Of a stretch of DNA of 64,000 nt, positions 24,754-35,589 are shown piece after piece. Every line of letters begins with the position of its first letter. The stretch's first letter is position 1. The stretch spans positions 42,115 through 106,114 of the forward strand of contig CAWBHS010000009.1 of the NCBI GenBank assembly GCA_963788655.1. The letters run 5' to 3'. This DNA comes from an uncultured Verrucomicrobiae bacterium. Lineage in GTDB: Bacteria > Verrucomicrobiota > Verrucomicrobiia > Limisphaerales > JAFGQR01. The notes under the pieces are model-generated. The model saw only the letters and a program-made list of their open reading frames with translations, had not been told where the DNA came from and did no database searches. The translations under genes and the position numbers were made by a program.

Positions 24754-26715
24754 ATGATGACTGTGAGGCAGCTTATGGAAACCTCAAGAATTCGCTTTTG
24801 GACAGGCACGGCAATCTTCGTGTTCTTTCTAGGTGGGGCACCGTTGGCACCGGCGCAAACGACTCTCCTGTTTCCTTACGATGCCACGTGGAAATACGAA
24901 AGCTCCGGCACCGATTTGGGAACCACCTGGCGGGAACCGGGTTTTGACGATTCCACATGGGCGTCGGGTGCCGGGGTATTTTCGTGTCCCTGGTACGAAT
25001 CACTTCCCTTGGAGGCGGTGGCAGCCGGAGCCGCCATCCGCACCGATTTGTCGCTGGCGGACAGTGCCGGGGAACGAATTCGCACCTATTACTTCCGCAC
25101 CCGGTTTACGCTGGGGCCGACCCCGGCCAACGTCGTGTTGGTCTTTACCAATCTGGTGGATGACGGGGCGGTATTTTACGTCAACGGCCAGGAAGTTCAT
25201 CGCGAGAACATGCCCTCGAATACGATTGATTATGTCACTTTCGCCACCAATGCGGTGGAAGTGAGCGAGGGGACAAGCTACTTTCGGGTCGCCCCAACCA
25301 ATCTCGTCGCGGGTGAAAACGTTTTGGCGGTGGAAATTCACCAAGTCAACCTCACCAGCAATGATGTGGTCTTTGGCTTGAGGCTCGGCATGTATATGGT
25401 CGATCCGGCTACGATTGTGATGCAACCTTCCGACGTCGAAGTTGAAGCCAATCAGCCCTTCACGCTGACCGCGTCCGCCACCGGTGACGAGTTGACGTAT
25501 CAATGGCAAAAGGACGATGGCACCGGCGATTTTGTGGATATCCAATCCGCCAACGGCCCCACCCTCTCGGTATCGCTGGCCTCTCCGATTGACGCGGGCA
25601 GCTATCGGTTGCTGGTCACCAATATCCTGGGCAGCTTGACCAGCCGGGTGGCGCGGGTGCAAGTGGTGCCGGACGTGACGGGACCGGTAATTCTCTCGGC
25701 CGTCGCCCAGGCGGGTTTCCCGCCGTATCTGATCACGGTTTCATTTAACGAGAAGGTGAACTTTTTGTCCGTCCGAAACACCAATCAGTACACGATCACT
25801 GAGGCGGGAACCGGCAATATGCTGGTCGTCTCCAACGCCCAATATGCCGGCACCAGTGTCCACTTGACGGTTTCGCCGTGGAACCCTGGCTCGGAATATG
25901 TATTGACGGTCAATGACGTGCGCGACAATACGCCGGCGCGCAACGTCATTGCTCCCAATAGCGAGGTGGGAGTTGGGTTTATGCTCGCCCAACCGCTGCT
26001 GAACTTGGACCACTGGTGGCGGTGGAATGAGGCAGGGATCGACCTCGGGACCGCCTGGCGCACCAACTTGCTGGAAGGAACCGTGTATGGCGAGGGCCAG
26101 GGTGTTTTTGGTTTTGAATTCAACACGCTTTCGCCGTGCTTGGGCGATTTGCGCACCCTCGTCTCGATCGGCCCCATGACCCATTACTTTGTTACCGACT
26201 TCGTTGCTCCGCCCACCGTTCCAAACGCCACGCTGGAATGCCGGAGCCAGGTGGACGACGGATGCGTCTTTTATCTGAACGGCGTCGAATGCGGCCGTTA
26301 CAACATGCCTGATCCTCCTGGTGAGATTGGTTATTACACATTGGCGTCCACCGGCATCGGCGATGCCCAATGTGTGACCAATACCTTTGCGGTCACCAAC
26401 CTCCTGTCCGGCACGAACATTATGGCCGTCGAGATCCATCAAAGCACCCCGACGAGTAACGACGTGCTGTTCGGCTTGGAAATGACTGGCTATTTGACCC
26501 GGACGTATCCACTGCCGGAAAGCCCGCCCCCCCGCTTGCAATTGGAACGTCAGGATGAGGACCTCCGCCTGGAATGGAACGGCGGCGGCTACGCCCTGCA
26601 AAGCGCCACCCAACTTGTTGGTCCCTGGACCGAGGTCCAGCCGGACATGAGCAACCCGTATTTGACCGCGGCGACCAACGGGGTCAGCCGCTTCTGGCGG
26701 CTGATCAAGAAGTAA
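24754..26715 (+). CDS. Secreted protein with two lectin-like modules and Ig domains
   Basis: Signal peptide; two WKY/WRW...GxDLGTxWR...TYYFR...VDDGxVFYxNG...AVEIHQ modules; YQWQK...DAGSYRL Ig domain; tail SRFWRLIKK. Confidence 0.85.
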   Translation: MMTVRQLMETSRIRFWTGTAIFVFFLGGAPLAPAQTTLLFPYDATWKYESSGTDLGTTWREPGFDDSTWASGAGVFSCPWYESLPLEAVAAGAAIRTDLSLADSAGERIRTYYFRTRFTLGPTPANVVLVFTNLVDDGAVFYVNGQEVHRENMPSNTIDYVTFATNAVEVSEGTSYFRVAPTNLVAGENVLAVEIHQVNLTSNDVVFGLRLGMYMVDPATIVMQPSDVEVEANQPFTLTASATGDELTYQWQKDDGTGDFVDIQSANGPTLSVSLASPIDAGSYRLLVTNILGSLTSRVARVQVVPDVTGPVILSAVAQAGFPPYLITVSFNEKVNFLSVRNTNQYTITEAGTGNMLVVSNAQYAGTSVHLTVSPWNPGSEYVLTVNDVRDNTPARNVIAPNSEVGVGFMLAQPLLNLDHWWRWNEAGIDLGTAWRTNLLEGTVYGEGQGVFGFEFNTLSPCLGDLRTLVSIGPMTHYFVTDFVAPPTVPNATLECRSQVDDGCVFYLNGVECGRYNMPDPPGEIGYYTLASTGIGDAQCVTNTFAVTNLLSGTNIMAVEIHQSTPTSNDVLFGLEMTGYLTRTYPLPESPPPRLQLERQDEDLRLEWNGGGYALQSATQLVGPWTEVQPDMSNPYLTAATNGVSRFWRLIKK

Positions 26716-26774
26716 CGGTAAGTGGGGCGCGTATGACTAGCCTGATGATGGAGTGGCGTTCGGAGTTTCGCGTC

Positions 26775-26967
26775 AGCGTTTGGAGTGCGTCCGGCTTGCC
26801 GGCGCTTTCGACGGCAGCACGAGGGTCGAATTTTGGCGGGGCTATTGTTGTGATTTGGCCTCCCCCTGTTAATCGAAAGCGGGAGCAAGCTCCACGCACT
26901 CCAGACGCTTCGCGGCTCACGAACGCTACAGACAAATGCACGCGCCGGGCACCGCTCCAAACGCTTT
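26775..26967. repeat. REP-like doublet, TTGGAGTGCG family
   Basis: AGCGTTTGGAGTGCGTCCGGCTTGCCGGCGCTTTC (26775) facing GAAAGCGGGAGCAAGCTCCACGCACTCCAGACGCT (26875); same family at 35288-35494. Confidence 0.85.
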
Positions 26968-27027
26968 CAGTGCGGTCCTCTATGCTCGGATTTCCTTGCG
27001 TCCCTCCCCGATCAAACCCCAGCTCCT

Positions 27028-27806
27028 ATGAACTCCATGTCGAAATGCATCTTGCCTGACAAACCTGGCCGTCAAGCCGGGTTCACCCGCCTCGAACTGC
27101 TGGTCATTATCGCCACGCTGGCCTTGCTAGCGGTGGTCACCCTTCCCGTTCTTGCTGGCTCCCGGTCACCGTCGGATCGCGTGACCTGCTTGAACAACCT
27201 GCGCCAGTTCGGTATGGCGTTGCACCAATGGGGCAATGACCACCGCGACCTGCCTCCCTGGTGGACGCCGTGGTGCGAAGGCGGCACCCGGGTGTACAAC
27301 ACAGTCTGCAACGGATATCCTCCACCGTGGAATGGCTTTCAGAACAATCTTTGGTTCCAATTGGTTTGTCTGAGCAATGATCTGCCCAGCCCGCGCCTGC
27401 TGGTCTGTCCCGCCGATGTCGTGCGGGCAGCCACGGATTGGTCCGCCAATCCGGCAGGCGGTCTCCTGCATCCAAATTACCGCAACAACGCCATCAGCTA
27501 TCCGATCGGGCTTGATGCCAACAATCCTGAAATCTATCGCCCGGATTTCTTCAGCCAACCCATGGTGCTGGCGAACGACCGGAATATGCTGACCAACGGC
27601 CTGGGGCCTGTTCTACCGGGGTCCAGAGCGCTGCCGTGGTGCAAGGTCAAAGAGCAACGGCCGCGTGGCTGAATGCCATTCACGGTCTGCTGGGCAATGT
27701 TCTGTTCACCGACGGTCGCGTGGAGTCACTTAACACGAAGCAATTACAGCAGGCCCTCAGCACCAGGAGTGATCTCATTACCGAGCATTTCCTCTTCCCG
27801 TTCTAG
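27028..27806 (+). CDS. Prepilin-type / H-X9-DG protein, frameshifted near 27600-27660
   Basis: GFTRLELLVIIATL, CLNNLRQ, LVCPAD; another frame gives HGLLGNVLFTDGRVE and ends at TAG 27806. Confidence 0.85.
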
Positions 27807-27846
27807 TCCTTCACTGTGGCGCGCAATTAACAAGGAGTAATGGCCG

Positions 27847-30800
27847 ATGAAAACAAATACCTGTCTGATGACCGAAATCGAAAATCCGAAAGGAATCCAA
27901 AGCGCCAAGGCCGCATGGCATCAGTCCGTCGAGCTGTCCGTGAGCCTCCTGATCTGGTTGGCGGCTCTGGAAGCGGGACACGCTGCCTTGTCGGTTATAC
28001 CCGCTTCCAGCCATTCCATGTCCAACGCCGTGGCCAGTGGCGGTTCGTATTTGCCAGCGTTCAGCGCCGATGGGCAGCATCTTGTGTTCATCAGTTACGC
28101 CAACAACCTGGTGACCAACGACGATCTCGGTCCCAATCTGGATGTGTTTGTATCCGACTTGGCGAACGGCATCATCACGCTCATCAGCGTCAATACCAAC
28201 GGCGTTGGCGGCGGGAATGCTGATGCGCTGCTGCCCTCCATTTCGTCCAATGGCCAGTTCGTCGCCTTTGCCAGCTTTGCCAGCAACCTGGTGCCGGACG
28301 ACACCAATCAAGCCACCGACGTTTTCCTGCGCGATCTATCGGCGGCCACGACGGAACTGATCAGTGTTGACCTCGAGGGGCGCAGTCCGCCCAACATCTA
28401 TCGCTACACCACCAACGGATTGTCCGGCAATCCCCGCGTCTCCGCCGATGGGCGGTGGGTGTTCTTTGATAGTGCGGCGAGCAATTTGGTCGCGTTGGCC
28501 GACGACAATCAAACCACCGACGTATTCGCCCGTGACCGGCAAACGGGCACCACCATCCTGGTAAGCGTAAACACCAACGGCACCGCTTCCGCCAACGGCA
28601 CTTCGCAGCTCAGCGACATTACCCCGGATGGCCGGTTGGCGGTGTTCATCAGCACCGCCACGGACCTGGCGCCGGGGGGCAGCAATCGGGTCGTCGAAGT
28701 CTATGTGCGCGACTTGTCTGAAGGCTCGACCATTTGCGCGAGTGACAGCCAGCCAACTAACGTAGCCAGTGATGGTCGCGATTATGTCTGTCGATCAGCG
28801 GCCATAACTCCGGATGGACGCTTTGTGGCCTACCTGGTGAGTGACGCGGTTGTGGTTCGCCGGGGTTTAAGGGGGATCGGATCCGACGAACGACTGGCGG
28901 GTGGTGTTCGCATCCCTCGGAGACTCACCCCTCTCGCTAAGTCACGATGGCCGCTATGTAGCCTTTGAATTTCATTCCACCAATGCTCCGGTTGAGGTCA
29001 GCTCCAATAGCGTGTGCCGAATAGACTTCGAGGATTGGACCGTGTGCAGCGTGACGTTAATGTCGGATGGCGGAGCCGGAGGTGATCCCGTTTACCTGAC
29101 AAACTACTGCTGGCGCACCGACCTTGTGTATTCGAATTACGCCCACAGTCCGCTGCTCAGCGCGGATGGACAGCGCGTCTTTTTTGTAGGCGCGACGAAC
29201 CGCCCGGGCGATCCGTCCACCAACGACTGGCTGTTTCATCGGCATGCGGGATTTCAGCCAGCCAGAGTCGGCGGTGACTAATCTCATCGAGGCCCGCGGA
29301 CGGGCGTCGCGTGGCCTTTGCGACTTGGGATGACCGTTTAACGGCTTACGATTTGAACCAGGCCAGCGATGTCTGTGTGGATAATCTCGAGCTTGACGAT
29401 GTCCAACTGATTTCACGGCGTCAACCGGATCTGCCTGACGTGACTGGTCAGGGAATCAGCATGCTGGGTTCCGGGGCCCTGAGCGCCGATGGCCGGGTCA
29501 TTGCCTTCTTGTCGTCGGACAATCTGTTGACTCCGAACGACACCAATGAGTTGGTGGATGTCATCGTGCGAGATCTCACCACCGGCAGCACCTACGCACC
29601 GGCAGGAGCGCGGATCGATATCCCTCCCAACTATTGGTTTACCAATGCCGCGTCCGCGCCAGCGGTGAGCGCGGACGGCCGAATCGTCGTCTATGGCCGG
29701 TATGGATTGCCGCGGTTCGAATGGGGACTGTATCGGTTCGTCATCGAATCAAACCAATGGGAAGTGGTGGATCGTTTTCCGTGTAGTAACGATTATGGGC
29801 CCCAGTCAACGGGACATCCTTCGGTCAGCAGTGACGGCCAGTTAGTTGCTTTTGAGACGTTGGTGACCGCAAATGCATTCGTTTGCAACAACATCGTGGA
29901 ACATAACAGCGGCAGCGATATAATCCTCCGCTACTTCGCCCTGGCCACCAACTACCATCGCATCGTCAGCCACAACCTCGCTGGCACGGCGACCGGCAAC
30001 GGGGATTCCCAACGCCCCCAGATCAGCCCGGACAGCCAATGGGTGCTGTTCCAAAGTATGGCCCGGGATTTGGTCGCGAACTCCACGCCGGCAAACGTCC
30101 ATCAGTTTTACGCGTACGAATTGGCCTCCGACCAAATTCAATTGGTAAGCCAGACGCCGAACGGTGCCGGATTGCCGGACCACGCCAGCAACGCCGTGTT
30201 CAGCGCTGATGCTCGCTGGGTGGTGTTTCAAAGCGGAACGAGTTTGTATCGCTATGATTTGGGCTTCGGCCACACCAACGAACTTCTGGTCACCAACGGC
30301 ATGAATCCCACCGTCAGCGCCGATGGCCGCTGGGTGGCCTTCGAGTCACTCCGGGACCAGGGATCCGGCATCAGCGACATCCGTGTCGTTGACCTTCAAA
30401 CCAGCCAGACCGAACTCATCAGCGAGAACCGTTTCGGCAACGGCCCCGCGAATGATTCTTCCACCTCGCCCCTCATCAGTCCGGATGGACGGCTGGTGGT
30501 CTTTGCCAGCCAAGCCAGCGATTTGGTGGAGCATGATGTCAACGGGCACAGCGATGTGTTTGTGCGCTTTCGCGCATCCGGCGTTACCCTGGCGCTCAGC
30601 CACAGCATTCTGAACGACGGTACCGGCAACGGTATTTCGTCCAATCCAGTGCTCTCCGCCGATGGCCTGTACGGTGGCGTTTCAAAGTTTCGCCAGCGAC
30701 CTGATCGCCGGCGATTACAACGACACGCGCGACATTTTCATCGCCCACCTGGCTGGTCCAGATTCCGACGGCGACGGGCTCGATGACGATTGGGAACTGG

Positions 30801-31138
30801 CCTATTTCAACACGCTGGACCGAGACGGTTCGGGCGACTTCGATGCCGACGGCGCTTCCGACGGTGCAGAATTCCTCGCCGGCACCGATCCCACCAACCA
30901 AGGTTCCGTGCTGCGGGTGTTGACTGTAACCCAACCCGGCAGCGGCAGCACCACCGCCGTGTTGTGGAGCGCCGTGCCAGGACGGACGTATCAAGTGCAG
31001 TTTAAAGATGCCATGGATGTTCCCGAATGGAGCGACCTGGCTGAGCCGGTATTCGCTTCCACCTCGACTGGTTCAAAAACCGACGAAACTTCTGCGCTGT
31101 CGCGCCAGCGTTACTACCGGGTCGTCTTGCTACCATGA
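27847..31138 (+). CDS. Secreted TolB-like (PD40) beta-propeller protein, several frameshifts
   Basis: Many PxxSADGRxVxFxSxAxNLV and DTNxxxDVFxRD repeats across ORFs 27847, 28901, 29311 and 30662; DSDGDGLDDDWE motif; tail QRYYRVVLLP. Confidence 0.88.
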
Positions 31139-31271
31139 AGGGGCAATTGCAACCGATTATTGGCCAACAGAAACGAAAAGCAAAAGGAACTCCCGTACAG
31201 CACGGTTTGGCTGCCGTATAGGAGAGGTTTCACGAAGTGATCGTCAGGCGTGGAACAGTTGGGGGCGGCGT

Positions 31272-31467
31272 TTCCCCTCACCCTGACCCTCTGCCCAAGG
31301 AGAGGGAAGAGCGGTCGAACCTGCTCTTGTCTTTGAGCACGTCGCGACCGTCACCGCTTGCGTTGGATACGCGCGCCGGCGACGAAGTGCGGAAAAGTGC
31401 TCGCACTCTTCGCAGGGCGTCGAACGTGCTCCCTCTCCCCAAGGGAGAGGGCTGGGGTGAGGGGGAA
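31272..31467. repeat. Inverted pair of CCCTCACCC/CCCTCTCCC REP-like palindromes
   Basis: TTCCCCTCACCCTGACCCTCTGCCCAAGGAGAGGGAA and TCCCTCTCCCCAAGGGAGAGGGCTGGGGTGAGGGGGAA; same family as 44595-45883. Confidence 0.9.
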
Positions 31468-31596
31468 GTTGGCGTCCGCAGTTCTATAGCGCGGCGATTC
31501 GCACCGGTGCCGGCAAACTGGCTCTGTCTTTGAGCCGTTCGTCGATTCAAGCCTCCGGCTTTGCCGGACGTCGCCGATTGACCCAGTTGCTCCAGG

Positions 31597-32850
31597 TTAT
31601 TTGTCCTTCGTTTTGTACAACTGCGCCAGTTGTATCAACAGCGTTTCCAGCTTCCGGTAATATTCGTCTTCGGAGATTTGCGACTTGGTTTCGCGCAGAC
31701 CGGCGATGGCTTGTTCCAATTCGTCGCGGCGGGTGCGTTGCGCGGGCGACAACTGTTGCTCCTGCGCGCTGCGGACCAGGTGAAACTGGTGCGCCCGCAA
31801 GCCATCCACGGCGGCGTCATCCTTGGCCTTGCGGACCGCCCGGATCCCACGGAACCAATCCGCCGGCGTGCCGAGGCCGTCGCCGTTGTCGTCGAGTAAG
31901 GCATGCTCGGTGGCCAGGCGACCTTCGGTTTGGTAAAACTCCGCGGTCTGCCGCGACGCCGTCAGGAACGCTTCGAGTAACGAGGTCTGGCCGTCCTTGT
32001 CCAGGTCGCATTTAAGGTCGGCAATGGACGTGGCCAGGTACTGGCCGAAGTGCGCGAAATTCAGTTCGCTGCCGCTTCGAGTGGCGGTAACCACGACACG
32101 GTTTGAGGCCGACAACCGGTTGATGAACGGTCCGCTGGCCGAGGCCGTGTTGATGATGGCCACGGGCCGATGGAACGGTTGCAGCCACGTGGCCAGTTCG
32201 GTGGCGGACAAATCGGGGCCGCGCAAGTTGAACTTCGCTTCGTGGCCGTCAAACGTGCCGTGCCCCATGAGCACCAGCCACAGTTCGTTGGCGCTGTCTT
32301 TCGGTTCGTTGCCCAGAATGGCTTCGAGGCGCTCGTGGTCATTCGTTTTGCCCTCAGGACCAAGGCCAACCACAAGGCACCGCGCCATCGCCTGGGTGCA
32401 GGCTTGTGACCACTGATTGGCCCATTCGGCAAATTGTTGAGCAAACTCTTCTTCGCCGGGCGCACCGATGGTGAGGACCACGGTCGTCTGGCTGTTGGTG
32501 GCTGAGGGAGCGGCGGGCACTGCTGTTATGCCGACGGAGAGAATGAAGAGTGCGAACCGCAACCATCCCGTGAGCCGGGGGAGCGCGCCCGCCCCGGGCG
32601 CTGTGGTTGGCGCCTCGCCAACCACATTCGAGCGGCTGAGACGCCTTGAACCAATGAATGTGGCTGCGTTCGTGAGAACGCGGCTAATTTTAAACGGAGC
32701 CACAACGCCAGCAGGACTGTTCTGGCGTTCCCCAAAAAGCGACCGGATTGCTTTCTTCTGGTGGTGCCATTTCATCGCGTTAGTCAGCCGCGTTCTCACG
32801 AACGCAGCCACGCCAACTGGATCGATGCGGCCAAAGCATACCCTTTTCAT
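31597..32850 (-). CDS. Last gene of the MoxR operon; caspase/C13-like fold hypothetical protein with a repeat-derived N-terminal extension
   Basis: LVLMGHGTFDG, INTASASGPF, DLDKDGQTSLLEAF, EHALLDDNGDG; ATG 32850 overlaps the upstream TGA (ATGA); start is uncertain. Confidence 0.8.
   Translation of the reverse strand: MKRVCFGRIDPVGVAAFVRTRLTNAMKWHHQKKAIRSLFGERQNSPAGVVAPFKISRVLTNAATFIGSRRLSRSNVVGEAPTTAPGAGALPRLTGWLRFALFILSVGITAVPAAPSATNSQTTVVLTIGAPGEEEFAQQFAEWANQWSQACTQAMARCLVVGLGPEGKTNDHERLEAILGNEPKDSANELWLVLMGHGTFDGHEAKFNLRGPDLSATELATWLQPFHRPVAIINTASASGPFINRLSASNRVVVTATRSGSELNFAHFGQYLATSIADLKCDLDKDGQTSLLEAFLTASRQTAEFYQTEGRLATEHALLDDNGDGLGTPADWFRGIRAVRKAKDDAAVDGLRAHQFHLVRSAQEQQLSPAQRTRRDELEQAIAGLRETKSQISEDEYYRKLETLLIQLAQLYKTKDK
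32579..32811. repeat. REP-like palindromes inside the 5' part of the ORF
   Basis: Perfect 26-bp inverted repeat GTGGCTGCGTTCGTGAGAACGCGGCT (32660-32685 / 32786-32811) plus hairpin GTGGTTGGCGCCTCGCCAACCAC. Confidence 0.85.
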
Positions 32851-35222
32851 GGCACCCCTTTCCAGCGGCGCACGCCCCATTCGGCCAGCAGGCAGGCCAG
32901 CGCAAACGCGAACATGACTGGCGTGTGCCACAAGGGAAACGTCCAGGCCTCCATCACGGGCGCGTGGCGATTGGGCAGTTTGCGGGCGAACTCAGCCAAG
33001 CTGTTGGCGGTTACCATTTCGCCACCGGTTTGCCGCGCAAGGTTTTCCAGCAACGCCACGTTGGGCGTCAGCGAACGAAATTCTTCGGCGGCCAAATCAG
33101 TGCTCCAGCCGGTCGTTGCGCGGCCCACTTCGGCGCCGACGGCATTGGTCACCACCGCCGTCGCCCGATAACCGCCGGCGGCGTGTGGCACGTAGATGGC
33201 TTCGTAAACTCCTGCCTCCTGCGCCGAAGCCTCGGCCCGCAAACGAACCGTGTTCGTAGCCAGGCCGGTGGCGGAGTCGAGCAGCGTGGGCTGGACTTCA
33301 ATCATCACCGCCGCATTGTCCAACGGCTGGAATTTCGGATCCTTTACCTGGACCCGGAGTCGGACCGCACTGCCGTTCTCGTCGGCGGGATGTTCGACTT
33401 GCAACTCCACCGCATTGGGTACGTCGGCAACCAGCCAACGCGCCAATTGTCGCCAGGCCTTGTCGAGATCGCGATGTTGCTCCGCGTCGTGCAGGCCCCA
33501 ACGCCAGAAATCGCCGATGGTCAGCGCGGCGGTGCGGCCGCGGCCAAAGTGTTGCACCGCCAGCGCCGGAAACGTGTGCCCCGCCTCGTCGGTCGCCGTG
33601 GCGATGATGCTCGCGCCAGGCTTGACCTCGCGCAAGCGATTCATCACCTCGAATGGCGCCTGTTCCTTCAAGCGCGCCCGTTCGTCGGTTTCGTTGTCGC
33701 GCAAGCGGGCCCACGGTTGCAGCCAACCTTCGCGCGAGAGATCAAACCGCACCGGCTCGGGCGCCTTGACGGTCACGCTGGAATCCAAATACACCGGCAG
33801 CATGTCCCCAATGGGCGTGCGTTGATACTTGCCATTTTGGAAGGATTCCATCCCGCCCAACATGAGAAAACCGCCGCCGCGTTCGGAAACAAATTTCTGC
33901 AACAACGTCGCCTGGTCGGGCGCGAAGAAGTCCGCTTCCACGTCATCAACGATCACCGCATGATAGCCGTACAAATCCTCCGGTGTTCGCGGAAAACCGG
34001 CGCGCAGTTCCAGTTCGTCGCGGGTGTTCAAACGCACGAGCACCGGTTGGTCGTAGCGCTCGACGTCTTCGGGTGCCTGATTGCCAAAGCCGCGATACAA
34101 CGGGTTGCTGCTTTCGCCGGCCCGTCCCCGGAAATCGAACTTCGGTTCGCGCCGGGCAACGCGGATCAAGCCGACCAGTTGAATTTGTTGATCGGCCTGG
34201 AGCGCGCGGTTGAGGAACTTGTATTCCCAATTCGGCCGGCCGCCGACGTACAGAATCCGATACGGTCCTTGCCCGCGGTCCACCGCCAACACGCGGCGGT
34301 TGTTCGCCAACGTGGCCTCGGGCGACGCGTTGGTGCGGACGAATTGATCCTGTTCATTCCGGGCCGCCACGCGCAGCCGGTAAAAGGAAAGCCCGTTTTG
34401 TTCAGGTCGGAATTGAAAGCGAAACGCGAGCTTCTCGCCGTTCTGTGGCGCGCGTTGCGTTTGCTCGCTGACTTGGTTTCCCTGCCGATCGCGCAGTTGA
34501 GCGACGATGGGTTCGCCCGCGTACCCGATGGCCGAGACGTCGGCTTGCACCGTGACCGGCGCGTCTTCGAACGAGGTTTGGCTGACGTTGACTTGTTCCA
34601 GGGCGAGGTCCTGGTTCGGGCCGCGCTGGCCGATCACGACCGGATAAACGGGCGGCAGCCCGGACCAATCCGCCGGCGCGGAACCGAGATCGGTGGCGTT
34701 GCCGTCGGTCAGCAAAAGGATGCCGGCTAATGGTCGGCCTTGATAGCGGTCGCGTAAATTGTGCAGCGTGGTCCCCAGGGCTGTCGAACGTCCGTCGAAG
34801 TCGAGTTCTGAGAAATCCCGCGTGGCTTCCAGTCGCGAATCGAACAGGTAGCGGCGCGTTTCGAATTGTTCATCCAGTTGCGCCTGCCATCCGGATTGGG
34901 GATTGGCCAGCAATGCTTTGAGTTCCTCGCCGCGACTGCGGTTTTCGTCGCGGTCTTTGATCTGCAGGCCCTGGCTGTTGTCGGCCACGATCGCGAACAG
35001 GTTGGCGCCGGGCCGGGCGCGTTGGCCGCTCCACAGCGGTTCTAACAGGCATAGCGCGAGAGCTGTGAGTCCAAGCATTTTGAGCGTGAGACACAGCCAG
35101 CGCCAGCCGCCTTTGGCCGGCAGGGAGCGGTAACTCCAGAACAGGAGCAGCAGGGCAGCCACCAACGCGCCGCTGGCGGGCCACAGCCAGGACCATCCTG
35201 AAAATGTCAGCGCGGCGATCAT
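32847..35222 (-). CDS. Membrane protein with VWA-like and class I glutamine amidotransferase-like domains (MoxR operon)
   Basis: N-terminal TM helices, ADNSQG, LLLTDGN, RPNWEYKFL, FVSERGGGFLMLGG, GRGRT, C-terminal EWGVRRWKG. Confidence 0.9.
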   Translation of the reverse strand: MIAALTFSGWSWLWPASGALVAALLLLFWSYRSLPAKGGWRWLCLTLKMLGLTALALCLLEPLWSGQRARPGANLFAIVADNSQGLQIKDRDENRSRGEELKALLANPQSGWQAQLDEQFETRRYLFDSRLEATRDFSELDFDGRSTALGTTLHNLRDRYQGRPLAGILLLTDGNATDLGSAPADWSGLPPVYPVVIGQRGPNQDLALEQVNVSQTSFEDAPVTVQADVSAIGYAGEPIVAQLRDRQGNQVSEQTQRAPQNGEKLAFRFQFRPEQNGLSFYRLRVAARNEQDQFVRTNASPEATLANNRRVLAVDRGQGPYRILYVGGRPNWEYKFLNRALQADQQIQLVGLIRVARREPKFDFRGRAGESSNPLYRGFGNQAPEDVERYDQPVLVRLNTRDELELRAGFPRTPEDLYGYHAVIVDDVEADFFAPDQATLLQKFVSERGGGFLMLGGMESFQNGKYQRTPIGDMLPVYLDSSVTVKAPEPVRFDLSREGWLQPWARLRDNETDERARLKEQAPFEVMNRLREVKPGASIIATATDEAGHTFPALAVQHFGRGRTAALTIGDFWRWGLHDAEQHRDLDKAWRQLARWLVADVPNAVELQVEHPADENGSAVRLRVQVKDPKFQPLDNAAVMIEVQPTLLDSATGLATNTVRLRAEASAQEAGVYEAIYVPHAAGGYRATAVVTNAVGAEVGRATTGWSTDLAAEEFRSLTPNVALLENLARQTGGEMVTANSLAEFARKLPNRHAPVMEAWTFPLWHTPVMFAFALACLLAEWGVRRWKGVP

Positions 35223-35287
35223 TGGTTACTCCACTGGGCGTTGGCGGTACGTGGTGTCGTCAGAGTTGCGTGGGTCGCGCCGCGAAT

Positions 35288-35494
35288 GAAAGTGGGAGCA
35301 AGCTCCACGCACTCCAAACGCTGCGCGAGGTTTGGTCGGACCAGTGGGCAACGTCGCCCTAGCGTTTGGAGTGCGTCCGGCTTGCCGGCGCTTTTGCACC
35401 CAACGTGGCGCGACAATTTTGGCAGCAGCCGTTTTGGCTTCGGGACACACGAGTCATTCGAAAGCGGCAGAGGACTGCCGCACTCCAAGACGCT
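35288..35494. repeat. Three TTGGAGTGCG-family REP-like palindromes between operon genes
   Basis: Copies at 35288-35322, 35361-35395 and 35460-35494 in alternating orientation. Confidence 0.9.
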
Positions 35495-35589
35495 GTCGCG
35501 CTCAACGGATGCACCGTTTGGCGCAAGACTCCGATTGCCACCGCGGGCCATTTCCCGTTTCACGAACTTCTCGATAAACGTCACGCCCG

